Source: Williopsis jadinii (lineage: Eukaryota). From it: a stretch of 64,000 nucleotides of DNA. Location: NCBI GenBank assembly GCA_024346625.1, contig AP024664.1, forward strand, positions 2,604,001 to 2,668,000, read 5' to 3'. Within the stretch, counting starts at the first letter, position 1. Each line of letters begins with the position of its first letter. Below, in pieces: positions 1 to 13,699 of this stretch. A program made the position numbers and the translations under genes. The notes beneath the pieces are model-generated. The model saw nothing but the letters and a program-made list of their open reading frames with translations. It was not told the DNA's origin and did not search any database.

Positions 1-366
1 ATTGAATGTCCATTGGTGGCCTTGTTGTTTACCCGCCGCCCACTCGGTGATGATTCAGCGGTGAGTTGATGTCCACAGTATGTCCACGGGGCAACCATAA
101 GCCTCTAGCGACAGCCTGGTGGATGTATCGTGGTCTCTAGCGTCTGTCCAGGGTATTCCCAGCATGTAGTTGTCCAATTGGTGTCCATTGGTGGCCTTGT
201 TGTTGACACGGTGTCCACTTGATGATGTTTCAGCGGCAAGCGAACGTTGATGGGGCCTTCACGCGGCAAACATAAGCCTCTAGCGACAGCCTGGTGGATG
301 TATCGTGGCCTCAGGTTCTGTCCAGCATGTTTCCAATACATAGATGTCTAATTGGTGTCCATTGGG
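1..366. repeat. Imperfect ~175-bp tandem repeat (about 2 copies visible, may extend off the left edge); subtelomeric-type
   Basis: TGTCCATTGG recurs at 7, 182 and 356; CATAAGCCTCTAGCGACAGCCTGGTGGATGTATCGTGG recurs at 96 and 271 (period 174-175). Confidence 0.8.
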
Positions 367-1749
367 AACATCTTTGTTTACCCTCTACCCCCTTGATGTT
401 CATTCAGGGAAAAGTTTTTTTTTTTCGCAAATTCACCGGCGAGAAAACGCCCACGCGGTGGCCACCGGTTCAGGCATTAGCTCCGATCCAGGTAAAGTGG
501 CCCCGCCAGCTTGGTGTCCAGCAGTAAATTGGCGCAATTCGGGATCAACCACCCCCATGTGGGGCCCGGAGTTTGACACATCCTCTAATATCCGCAACAC
601 TTAAATGCTTCCAGAACTCCACACACACATCCTACCACAACCAAAATCACTGTTCCACGCTCACAAAATTCACGCCTTTCCAATGAGACCAAAATACCCT
701 GGTATTTCCACCATTTGGGTTTTTCATTCCATTATTTTACTGTTAACATCTACCCAAATTTTATAATCCGAAAAAGACTCACCTATTCTCGGAGATATCC
801 TAAATTAATATATACTATATAATCCCATAACTCGGGAACTAGCAGAGCTTTCGAGCTATAAACACCACTACTGGATAGCTACGCTCCAGAGGTTACCTAT
901 GGGTTTAAGTTGTTTCCCGGTTTATGGGTGCCCATCTCCCTGGAAAGCAAAAAAATTCTTTGGAGATGGCGCGAGCTTGAAACAATAGCATATCGACGAT
1001 AACTAGTTTAGTAATGAGCAGTAACTCCCACACCTTTAAAGGATTGGGAGTTGACCAGAAGTACATTTTCGTTTTATATGTATCTTGTAGCACCGACTTT
1101 GTGACTATTTATGGCTTGTGGTGTCAGCTCAATGAGGTGCTAAGGTGACAGTCTCAAGTATGGAAGACTGATTGAGTAACGACAAAGTTCAATTGATACT
1201 ACTCAAACTACAATGACAACAACAATCTAAAAGAAAGAGACACCTCGTCTGATTCTGGATGCTTCATATATACTGTCAAGCTCAGATGAGCAAGTCAGAA
1301 CTATTGGAAACCAGTACAATTCGACAAAGACACGATCCAATATGGAAAAAAGACGATATAACGTGGAAAACAAGACGATGCGCTGTGTAGAATAGACGAG
1401 ACCTTGGGAAACCAAACAGTTCTTATGGCTAGCCTTCCAAAGGAACAATCAGACGTGCTGTAGACTCGAGACGTAATACACGGTGCAGATGAGGTGGGAG
1501 ATCTTCCGCGGGTCAGTGAAAAGTTTTGATAGTGTGAGAACTTTGCCAACTTGAAAGCAACAGAACTTGGTTGGAACTCTTAAGACAACGTGTAAATCAA
1601 TCTTATGGGGTAAGTCATATTCGATAGTCTCCACATGGGCTGGTGGCAAGTGCAATGTCGTTAATCAGTGGGATTGAATCTTGACTGCACTCTCTAACTG
1701 CAGGGATGAAAGAAGTGAAATTGAAAGCCTGGTGGCGTATGGATGACAA

Positions 1750-3720
1750 GTAAACATGCCCATGAGTCCATAATATGATGCCTTAGATGTGCATAGCTGA
1801 AACCCAAAAGATCAAAGTAACTGATTAACACTATCAGCACATCAGTTTCCATAATCGACACCATGCCTACTTGGAAGACGACAAAATTGGGTTTAAACTC
1901 ATGATAGAGCATCCAAAGAAGTCACGTCAGTTAATTGAAGAGCCAACCAATATCAAAGACTCACTGTCAATGCTACCACTCAATTGAGTTGTGCTGATGT
2001 AACTTGATTCATGAATCGTTCTGAGTTTTGGAATTTCCACCATCTTCAGTTCTAAATCGAGACAGAACAATGGTGACTCATGATAAAGCGTTCAGATAAG
2101 TCACAAAGTATTCCTCCTTTTCCATAGAAGCGTGTGTGAGTATTGGGTTGCCTATCTTTGGTTTGTATTGTGTTGAGAAATCATCTTCTTCATGAGTCCC
2201 TGTGACAACTGTATCTCCAGGTAGTGAACAGAACTGTTTGGCAACCAACTGTAAAATATTCAGACAGAGCTCATCTTATAGTTCAGTTATGAGAAAACCT
2301 TCCATGAGAAATGTACATAAGTTCTTAAGCTTGAGTTATGAGAATATAAGTGTCATCATCAATCACTGTGAACATCATCAAGTCTGATTGGAAATTGGTG
2401 TAGCTAAATGAAGAGCGGAGATGAAGCTTTCACACCAATTACACAAGATAGGCATGGTGTCACTAATGTTCACTGCTGATGTGTAGTTGACGTCCCAATT
2501 GTGTCGTACAAAACTTCACTATTTCACGGCCCATATCAAGTTTGCGTTTCACACACAACAAAATGCAGATCGATACCAAGACCGTCAAATACCAGAAAGC
2601 AGGGAGACTCGGGTATTTATACCATCACTGTGTATGCTTCATCAAGTTGTTCTTGTTGAGAACCAATGGAAATGCCAATTCAAATACATAGATGTGTTGA
2701 TCCCTAGTTGTTAGAATCTTGAGCCAAGGAGACATGTCTATACTTTATGCATGAGACAGAGTGGTGGCTTTTCACCCAGTCCTTTGAGAAAGAAACTATC
2801 AAGATGGTCCATATGATCCACTGATACATGTGTCAAACTTCAAAGCTCTCATTGGAAGACCAATTATTGTATAGTAGGTGTGACCCTTAAAACTCTCATC
2901 TCTTCCTCTAGCGCTGTTGATGTGACTTTCGCAGTCACTCAAAGCCTTTCAGGTCATTTGGAATAGCCGTAAGTGACACGCAGAAGCATTCTATCCTAAA
3001 ACCATCATCTTCCAAAGGCTCAATGCTTAAACTCTCAATGCAATAAGTTTGTTGATATAGGAAAGTCCCCTTTGCTTTGTTGATGTTTTTTCTCAACCCT
3101 CGCTCAATTTTGATGTTCGGATGTTTGGAGCCAGCAAATGTAAAACTATAGCAACGCATCAACGATACTTCCCCAAAGTTTAATGACAACAACAGCTTTC
3201 ATCCATAGAGAACAGACTTGAAGTACAAGAAGTTTAGCTCTGTATCATAGAAAGTCATGTTAATACCTATGTGTAGCTCGTAGATTCAGCACAAGGTCGT
3301 TATGGCTGGATGACTTCAACTACAAAAGGCCAAATGAGTAACAAAGGTCAATTCATACTTGTCAAGACATAACCAAAGCCTAAATCTATCAAGACAAACA
3401 CTTTATGGTACAGAAAGTGTACAGTATACTGTGCCACTCGAAGAGAAGCATTTGGAAAACAGAGTGAATGGTGATCAATAGACTTGGTTATCTCAAAGTC
3501 TACAATAAAGTAACAAGAAGAGCTGTATCCAAACATAGCAAAGTCTTAGACCATCCACTATAGATAACCTGCCAATTCCATATCTCTGAATCACACCAAG
3601 GTAATGATCGTGTGTCGTTCACTCTAGTTCGGATATTAAATCTCTGTCTAAAAGTGACTTAAAAAAGTATTGGTATGACCAAAGTAGCAACAATCATAAA
3701 TCATTCGAGAAATTGAGTCC
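1750..3720 (-). pseudogene. Decayed gene, copy A of a ~2.3-kb tandem duplication; LRR-like fragments (boundaries approximate)
   Basis: Aligns with ~4040-6035 at an offset of ~2290-2310, e.g. CACTCAAAGCCTTTCA(G/A)GTCATTTGGAATAGCC at 2936/5238. Minus-strand peptides GEVSLMRCYSFTF, AIPNDLKGFE and SPWLKIL..QHIYVFELAFP are shared with copy B; many stops and frameshifts. Confidence 0.55.
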
Positions 3721-4039
3721 CAATCACTCGACGACAAATGTATCAGTTGCTGAGCGATCTCATGTGGAGCCAAGAGACATGGACTTACTAATAAAGCAAA
3801 GCCCATGGATCATATGAAATGATGACAATACCAGATAGCGTCTAGATTGATGATCCATCAACCTCAGTAGTATACCCGAGGATTATAAATAAGAGCTGTT
3901 AGCCTCTTAGATTGTTGAAGTTTATATTTCCTCAGATGAACAACCAAATACATCGTTCACTATGTCTGCTGATAGAAATACATCAATGGCTTGAGACATC
4001 CGGTTGAATCTCCAACAAATGCAATACAGGAACCAGGCA

Positions 4040-6035
4040 TTTCTTGTGGTTCAAATTCCACATGATTATCCACGTATACTGTAACTTTGATCATAGACAG
4101 ATGCCATAGGTGTCTGTGATGTAGGGTACACCAATGTAAGGATTTCAAAAGTACCACCATTTGGAAGACAACAGAGTTCGAATCAAACCCATGATGAAAC
4201 ATTATAACAAGTCACATCGTATAGTTAGTTGTCAACAGGATATCCTGTAGTTGCTGTGTGTTCAAGCTCTCTGTTGGACTGTGTAAGTAGAGCCTATATC
4301 ATCAAATGCTTTGGATGTTGTAAATAATCTTCTTCAATTTGAAGTCGAGACAGCACACCAGTGACTCATAATAAAACATTCAGATAAGTCACAAATCACA
4401 CTTCTGGTTCCATATGAGCCTTTTTGAGTACTGTCTTGTTTACCCCTTGGTTTCTGTTGTCTATGAATAAGATCTTTTTCCTTAGTCATTGGAATCACCG
4501 ATATTTCCAAGTTAGACAACAGAGCTCTTTGGAAACACAGTGCAGAACATTCAGACAAGTCTCATAGTATAACTGACTTTCCATAAAATGCACCATATGT
4601 GGTGTACAACCGTTATTTTATCTGAGATCCGTAAATGGAAGCTGTTTCAAGAATCACTAAGACCAGCACCAATTTCAATTCGAAATCGATGTAGTTCTAT
4701 GAGGAGTGAAGGTAAACCCACCAAGACAGTTTCATGATCCAGAAATGTCTATCCCTCATGGTCTATTGGCACTGTGTACATCTTCTTTGATTGATGTCGA
4801 GTACTGGGGGACTGTTTCAAGAGACACCTCACATTTGTGTTTCACTTATACCAAGGAGCAATAGAGAGCCACACAATACCATTAAGCGGTAGAAAACAAC
4901 AACACTTGGATATTGATACAATCTATGAGTATAATTTGTCACCTCATTACGCTTGAAACCATATGGAAATGCAAATTCATATGTATAGATGTGTTGATTC
5001 AGAACTGTGTAAAGCTTTAGCCAAGGAGATAGGGCCATACATCGTCGAAATGAGGAATTGAAGTAGCTTTTTGATCTGTGGTTTGAGTTGTAAGTTAACC
5101 GAATAGTCCATGTGATCCATTGATACCAGTTTTCCCATCCAGTTCTCTCATTGAAAGACAACGTCTTGTACGTCAGGAGAAATCATTGAGACTTTCATAT
5201 ATGCCACCTCTAACACTGGTATTCAGACTTTCACAATCACTCAAAGCCTTTCAAGTCATTTGGAATAGCCTTATGTTATAAGTAGCAGCATACCATACTA
5301 GAGCTACCATCTTCTAACGTTTTCAATCTTAGACTGTTAATGGAATAAGTGTGTTCATACAAGAGAGTTCCCCTTTGTTGATGTTTTTTCTCAACCTCCA
5401 CTCAATTTTGATGTGCGGATGTTTTGGGTCACCAAATGTGAAACCATACCAACGCATCAACGATACTTCACCAACAATCAATAACAACAACAGCTTTGAT
5501 CCATAGAGGATGGACTTCAAGTACACTTGGTATAGCTCTTTGTAATATACAGATAAGTAAGCGACTTTGTATTGCAGGTGGGATCAGCACGAGATGGTCA
5601 TGGCTGGATGACTTCAGTTACAAAGACTCAATGAGTATCAGCAACGGTCGATTCATACTCGTCAAAATTCAACATAGACGTCGATCTATCAAAGAGGAGA
5701 TATCTGGTGACTCATAAATAGTGTTGTATACACTGTAACAGAAATTAAAACGTTTAGAAAACCAAGTGAACTGGAATCAATAGGTTTATGTTATACTATA
5801 AATCAAAATATGGCAGTAACAACGAAAGACAACGGTTTTCAAGAACCACGGGGGAAGTTTGAGCTGTTGATGGCAATTACTCTACACTTTCGATGCTTTT
5901 GAATCACCATATGGTAATCGTATTGGGTTAATCTGAGAGTGTTTGTGTTGACTCACTGTTAAAATGTGGACTAAAAAAGAGCAATGGTATAAACGAAACA
6001 GCAAATTTCAGATCACCACAGAAGAAATTGAATCT
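4040..6035 (-). pseudogene. Decayed gene, copy B of the ~2.3-kb tandem duplication
   Basis: Peptides GEVSLMRWYGFTF, AIPNDLKGFE and SPWLKLY..QHIYTYEFAFP match copy A; no long ORF. Confidence 0.55.
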
Positions 6036-7261
6036 CTGCAATAGCCCTTAACAGCTAACATTCATACCAATTACTTATAAATGATAGTACTAGAAGGTTC
6101 CGTTCCACCTAATTATCTTTTAATGCTGATCAAAGTAGCTTGGTGCTTATTTTTCAGTTTTGTTTCCCGCATAGTCAGCTATAGCATATGTATCATGGGC
6201 AAGTTTCCCATAGTTCTGGAATAACAACTTTGCATCAATAGTCACATAAGGGTACTCATTCTGAAGTCCAACAAAAATTACTCTCATCCAATGGGTGCTG
6301 ATAAAATTTGCCGTTGGTCTGTGCATGTCCCTAGCAACCCAGTAGCGTTTACTAAGACACCTACATTTCGATCATGACATGAAACAAACACGCTGTGGTT
6401 ACAAAGTACACAAGAGCATTGATTTATAAGCTTAATACATGGTGTTTTCAAGAACATTTCAAGTCAAAGCGTATCTTGCCAAACGATACGGCACCACAAG
6501 TTTTCTCCTACCAATTGCTGGTCGTCAAACTAATCACATCTCAAGTTACGAATGGACTGTAACGGTCTTCTCTTTTGAGATTCCATAACCGTTATCAGAT
6601 ACAGATCAAAACCATAACAACGACATATAAATTGGCATCGATTCGTTCTATGGTACATTCTTAGATATATACTTCAAGGTCGTTCTATAAATGGTTTGCT
6701 TCAAAGTTTTCGAAATGTTGTTCTATAGCAATGTTGGCCTTTGAGAATATTCTACCCCAAAGAACCCCTTGTAAATATACCTTTACTGCCCTTAATAGAA
6801 ATATTGTGAGCTCATAGTTGACGAAGTTTTCCGTTGGATCCTAGATCATCGACTATAGAAGGGAGTTTTGGTCCTCTTATTCCCCTTCAGTTTATATTTA
6901 CTTAGAAAGAAACGAAATTGACGTTGCTTACTATACTATGTCTTCCAACAGAGATACACTTGGTGCCTGGCATATTATGTCGTTGAATTTTCAACACCCA
7001 GTACCGACAATACAAGACTCCTATATATGGGGAAAGTAACATACCATTCATATGTCCTGTTGCCACAAGATTCACCAATTTCTCATTCATATATCCAACC
7101 ACAAGAGTACACTTTTCAGATGAGCTGATCTAGCTAACCACGAAATCTTTCTATAACTCCATCTCACCTTGCCTATTTATCCTTATCAATTGCAAGATTG
7201 GTATCCCATCAGCTTAGATGGATTCTGAGTTGTGTTGACAATCTGTCGAATTGTTAGCAAT

Positions 7262-10200
7262 TTAAAGAAGAGCAACGATCTCCAGTATTGCCAGTGCAAG
7301 TCCATTCAGTCGAAGGTTGTGGATTGTTCCCGAATCTATATATGATGTAGTCAGAAGAAAGCCCCCACTACCCTCACTAATTGATGTTTCCACAGTTGTA
7401 TTAGACTCTAGACTGTTTCCAGTAGATTCACTGAGGTCACCACTAACAGTGGTTTGGTCAATCAAGCTCATAGATCCTAGACTCCATGTATCTCTAGTAG
7501 TAGTAGATAAACTCAGACTGGAATCTGTTCTGTAAGTAGAATCAGACACTTCAAGGAAACTGGTTGCAGTATTCAAGATCGATTCTGTTTCGGAGAGAGA
7601 TTTCCCAAATAGTGTGTCCGCGTCGGTCACACTGTCCATCTGCGAAACAGTCTGTATGGATGAAGAATCAGAAATGGTTGAATCATCTGAGACAAAGACC
7701 TCTCCTGTTCCTCTACTTGACATATATGTTATCGTAGAGGTTGTCATTTCCACATCTCCAGAAACAGTCCTTGTATTCGTACTTCCATCAACATATGTTA
7801 ACATTGTTCTTCTAGACGATGACGTAGACAGCTCCGTCTCACTATTACCATTTCCCAGAACATCAATGGTTGTTTCGATAGGAGCTGTATTAGTTATTAT
7901 ATCAGATCCAGCAACCACCCCGGATGTCGACGATACGCAAGACGTAGTCAGGGTGTATATATCAGTAGACTTTGATACATCCCCTTCATCCACAAGACTG
8001 GTTGAGCAAACGGAACCACCACACACGCTGATATGGTCTGTGCTAAAACTACTCAAATAAGCACTAAATGCAGTGCTACTTGTAACCGGCAAAGTCATGG
8101 ACGACCTGATGGAAGATATGGTGAAAGCACTGGCAGCATTTGATGAGGGACTGAATGTCGCATACAGAACACTAGCAGTGGTTGGTCCATTGCCATCCGT
8201 TTCATCACTCTCACAAGTAATACAAGTATCCTCCAGTGTAGTTTTATCAATTGTATCACTACCACCAGCGACAGTAGTGACATAGCCAGACACCGCCAGC
8301 GTTCGAGACTCAGCAACAATACCGCTATCAACTGTCGTGGTGCCATAGTCAGACGGCAGTGTGGGATATCCCGTAACAAGATGATCAGTTGACACCGTCC
8401 CCGTTAAACCAGACACCCCAGAACTGACATTCACAACATCTGCCGACAAACTGATACTATAACTAGTATCTACAAACATGGATAGAGCTGCTGTCGTGAC
8501 AGTCACACCATTAACATCAGTCGTGGTGTAGAACTCAATAACACCACTCTCAGAGTCTCCGTCAGCACCCACATACGTCGTTGTGATTGGTCCGTGGATG
8601 TAAGCAGAGGTCGAGGATGTGGTTATCGTTTGTCCATCCGCTGCCAATGTAGTGTAGAACTCAATAACTCCACTCTGTGTATATCCATCTGCACCAAGAT
8701 ACGTCGTTGTAATTGGTCCGTGAATATACGACGAAGTCGACGATGTGGTTATAGTGTTTCCTTCGCCATCAGTCGTGGTGTAGAACTCAATAACTCCACT
8801 CTGTGTATATCCATCTGCACCAAGATACGTCGTTGTAATTGGTCCGTGAATATACGACGAAGTCGACGATGTGGTTATAGTGTTTCCTTCGCCATCAGTC
8901 GTGGTGTAGAACTCAATAACACCACTCTCAGAGTCTCCGTCAGCACCCACATACGTCGTTGTGATTGGTCCGTGGATGTAAGCAGAGGTCGAGGATGTGG
9001 TTATAGTGTTTCCTTCGCCATCAGTCGTGGTGTAGAACTCAATAACTCTCACTCTGTGTATATCCATCTGCACCAAGTCGTGTATATCCATCTGCACCAA
9101 GATACGTCGTTGTAATTGGTCCGTGAATATACGACGAAGTCGACGATGTGGTTATAGTGTTTCCTTCGCCATCAGTCGTGGTGTAGAACTCAATAACTCC
9201 ACTCTGTGTATATCCATCTGCACCAAGATACGTCGTTGTAATTGGTCCGTGAATATACGACGAAGTCGACGATGTAGTTATAGTGTTTCCTTCACCATCA
9301 GTCGTGGTGTAGAACTCAATAACACCACTCTCAGAGTCTCCGTCAGCACCCACATACGTCGTTGTGATTGGTCCGTGGATGTAAGCAGAGGTCGAGGATG
9401 TGGTTATCGTTTGTCCATCCGCTGCCAATGTAGTGTAGAACTCAATAACTCCACTCTGTGTATATCCATCTGCACCAAGATACGTCGTTGTAATTGGTCC
9501 GTGAATATACGACGAAGTCGACGATGTGGTTATAGTGTTTCCTTCGCCATCAGTCATGGTGTAGAACTCAATAACACCACTCTCAGAGTCTCCGTCAGCA
9601 CCCACATACGTCGTTGTGATTGGTCCGTGGATGTAAGCAGAGGTCGAGGATGTGGTTATAGTGTTTCCTTCGCCATCAGTCGTGGTGTAGAACTCAATAA
9701 CTCCACTCTGTGTATATCCATCTGCACCAAGATACGTCGTTGTAATTGGTCCGTGAATATACGACGAAGTCGACGATGTGGTTATAGTGTTTCCTTCGCC
9801 ATCAGTCGTGGTGTAGAACTCAATAACACCACTCTCAGAGTCTCCGTCAGCACCCACATACGTCGTTGTGATTGGTCCGTGGATGTAAGCAGAGGTCGAG
9901 GATGTGGTTATAGTGTTTCCTTCGCCATCAGTCGTGGTGTAGAACTCAATAACTCCACTCTCAGAGTCTCCGTCAGCACCCACATACGTCGTTGTGATTG
10001 GTCCGTGGATGTAAGCAGAGGTCGAGGATGTGGTTATCGTTTGTCCATCCGCTGCCAATGTAGTGTAGAACTCAATAACTCCACTCTGTGTATATCCATC
10101 TGCACCAAGATACGTCGTTGTAATTGGTCCGTGAATATACGACGAAGTCGACGATGTGGTTATAGTGTTTCCTTCACCATCAGTCGTGGCGTAGAACTCA

Positions 10201-11366
10201 ATAACTCCACTCTGTGTATATCCATCTGCACCAAGATACGTCGTTGTAATTGGTCCGTGAATATACGACGAAGTCGACGATGTGGTTATAGTGTTTCCTT
10301 CGCCATCAGTCGTGGTGTAGAACTCAATAACACCACTCTCAGAGTCTCCGTCAGCACCCACATACGTCGTCGTGATTGGTCCGTGGATGTAAGCAGACGT
10401 GGAAGACGTCGTGATCGTGTTGCTATCACCATCAGTTGTAGTGTAGAACTCGACAACGCCACTCTGTGTATATCCATCTTGACCAAGATACGTTGTTGTT
10501 ACGGGAGATGGCAGTCCAGGAACTATTGCAGTGGTGGTAGTTGTTATGATATCACCATTTTCATCAGTTGTGGTGTAGTATGAGACAATCCCAGTGAATG
10601 TTGTTGTGTCCTCCACAATTGTAGTTGTATATGGCTCAGTTTGTGTGGGAGTGGAGGTGTCTGTGTAATCAAAATTTGCTGTAACGGCGGCTGTCTCTGT
10701 GCATGTTGAAGAATAACTAGACATGTCATCACAAGAAAAGTCCATAGCTTTGTAATATATAGGACAGTTGTCCAAGGTGAAAACTCCACAGGCAGCACTG
10801 TTAAGAACACTCACCACTGATGACCCAAGGTTACCAGTATAGAAATTCAGAATTTCCTCGGATCCTGTGTCATCATCTCTATAGAAAGCAAAATTGACAT
10901 ATTCCAAGTCACAAAAGGCTCCTATAGCTAGACCATAGACTAAAACTCCAGTGTTAACTGTAACGTCGTACTGAAACATAAGCTGTCCTTTCTCCAGGTT
11001 GACCACACCGGACAAATCGTCTATATGAATACCGCTGTACCTCGCAGTAAGACTGTAAGCTTCTATATCATCTGCAAAGGTGAAATACCAAGTGAGCGTA
11101 AACTTTCTGTACGTCACGATGTTTAAAAAGCTACCTGATGAAGTTGTTTCCCCTGTTATAGTGAACATATAAGAGTACACATGCCCGTTTATGGTGTCAA
11201 CGTAGGAGTCATAGTCACATACCTCTGATAGGGAAGTTTCAACGTACAAGTCAGTAGTAACAGTACTGAAGCTGAATGTTGTTGGCGTCGCGGATGTTGT
11301 GTCATCCGCCCCAGTAAAGGAGAAAAGCAGTAAAATACAAAGAAGCAGTTGTTGATAAAATTTCAT
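7262..11366 (-). CDS. GPI-anchored cell-wall adhesin/flocculin with 42-aa Thr-rich repeats (Hyr/Iff-like); split by a frameshift at ~9049
   Basis: Signal peptide MKFYQQLLLCILLLFSFTGA (ATG 11366), Cys-containing N-terminal domain, repeat array, Ser/Thr stalk and hydrophobic C-terminus (LNGLALAILEIVALL). ORFs 9039..11387 and 7262..9100 are two halves of one gene. Confidence 0.85.
8510..10635 (-). repeat. Intragenic tandem array, 126-bp unit, ~17 copies
   Basis: TGAATATACG at 8721 and 8847 (126 apart); unit GPITTTY(V/L)GADG(DSE/YTQ)SGVIEFYTTTDGEGNTITTSSTS(A/S)YIH. Confidence 0.95.
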
Positions 11367-13699
11367 ACGGTTGGGTAAGTGATGCAATCGTGAAATGTAA
11401 ATAAATTGTGATATGGTAAGAGCTTGTTGTGTGTGTCAAAATATTGTAGAACTGTCCGAAGACAAGCGAATATTCTCCAGACTATTATATATTCTTGTTT
11501 TTGATGTACTGGGGATCCTCCTGTATCTGAAGTTGTTCAATCATTTGAAGAGAAGACAGAAGAAGGCGGATCTTCACACATTATTTATGAATTCACACAC
11601 CCGTCTGAGCGCACTGAGACTTAAGCAATGACAAATCATGACATTCTTAGTAGTTATCACACGGCGGGAAACTTGCTTTGAAACTTGTTTTCGGCAATTT
11701 TGGACTCCTGGTCAGCCATTTGGAACGCCAATGGGACTTGAGGCCCGCCTTTTGGTGGCCCATAATATGAATCACGAAATCGGTATGGGTTTGGGTAGCA
11801 GGTGCGTGCGTTATTCTTCATTGATATGCATACAAGGCGTACTAATTTCTTATTTTGAAAACTGGCTCTTAGTGGATGTAAGGCTGCATACGTGAAGATG
11901 ATATGATCCAAAGACGACCGGCAGGATATTGTTGGCAATGTTACCCGTGTTGTATAGAATATCAACAATTCGGTTCTTAGTAAAATCAAGGTAGGAAGAT
12001 ACCTTGACTTCATAGATATAGAGGGTATAAGAAATCCACTCATTCAGTGTTAGGGGAGAACTCATATCAAAGCCAAGGAGGTTACAAATCGTCATGAAAT
12101 AACTCATTAGTCCTGTAAAAGAGGACAAGCAATGACCATCCCGGAAATCATCGCCTCACCTGAAATTGGATTACTACATAGTATATTTATGCAGTATCAT
12201 GCATTTATACAGGTGGAAATCATCGAGCCCTCAAGGGAATTCAGATTGGTGTAGATGTCGTGGACCAGAAAAGATCACATCATTTTGTAACCATCGGAAG
12301 TTCATATATCTGTCTCTAACATGCTGGTCCATAGTTACAGTTCTGTAGTTATTTGTACGATATTCTTTCTCGTATCAAATGAAACAGACCTTTGAGTAAG
12401 TACTCTGTTCAAAACCAGATCTCACTTCACAGATAGAAAGAAAAACCAGTGATGTGAACATTAAGAAGCACAAGTTGCATACATACACAGGACAATAATG
12501 TATAACCTCTGAATGCATATTGAGCAGTGCCTAGCTCGTCATATTCGCATAGGCTTGCATCTACGGCTCGTGTTACTGGTGGGCTCTTTGGATCATCTGT
12601 TCAAGGTACTCAATTTCCTTAAAACTGGAAGGTTTCTTTGAAAATCCACACACTACCCTTCTATGATCGTTAAAGAAACAATGGTTCACCAAGACGAATC
12701 TGATCAACTTAAAATTTGGAAAGCTTAGACAAGCTCACTCGTCCCTATGGCGGAGTAGGACACTAAAAAAGTGTATTTGCAACAGCACTGCTTGGAATCA
12801 TGAATTAATACACGAGAAACGAAAAGCACGATGTTTGAGCAACAGAAATACTATTAATTATTGAAGATATCGACTCGGAAACGGGGAGCAAAACACTGGA
12901 TCTATCAGAGCCTATCTGTGATTGCTAGTAAATTACAATGATATTAGTAAAGCCGGAACACAAAGATACTCATGGGGGTTATGCTTTACATGTCTTGGTG
13001 AAAGAGAGTATTTCTCTTTCTTTTGATTTCACAGCAGTTTTAATGCATACCTGAGCCTTTCAAGGAACCTCATAAGAAAACTCAGAAATTTGAAGTTGAG
13101 ACTAGAAAAGGTCTTTCTCTCAATAAATTAAAACCTGATGGTCGATTAATATAGTAACCCTATATATATATATACCATCAATCACTTAATGTTCACTTCC
13201 TGAAGGCCTCACAAGCAACATCTAGTTAAGATGCTGGCAGAACTGCTCAGGTAGTGAAATTTATTTTCCGCCCGGAATATCTTTCGGGATAGCTGAGATG
13301 TGGATATTCGTTTAGCCTATTGCCAAATAAGAGTATCGCTTCTACCAATAGTTGTGCAGAAAGTTTAGAATTGAACGGAATCTGTGAGCCTCCAGGAAAA
13401 CCCTTGGGGGTTGGTTGAAGTGAGTGAGTACGGTACATTTTGCAAGAAGATTTCATGTACTATGTTTTGCTTGTAAACTTCTGGATTCAGGGAGTGGTCA
13501 CAGTCTAGAGACACAAGAGGAACACAACTCTAGTACTTCCTAAAGTTTGTCCCTCCTTAGACAGGCCACCGTGGAATACACACAAATACTAAGAGACACA
13601 ATCTATCCAGCCCACTTCGAGAATTTATAATCCATCTGAAGATTACTACAGAAAGTCCGAGGAAAATAATCTGAACTATTATGCGCCCGAGATGCATGC

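Noticed and set aside
8594..10583. Long plus-strand Arg/Cys-rich ORFs (173 and 486 aa)
   Set aside because: Antisense shadows of the 126-bp adhesin repeats.
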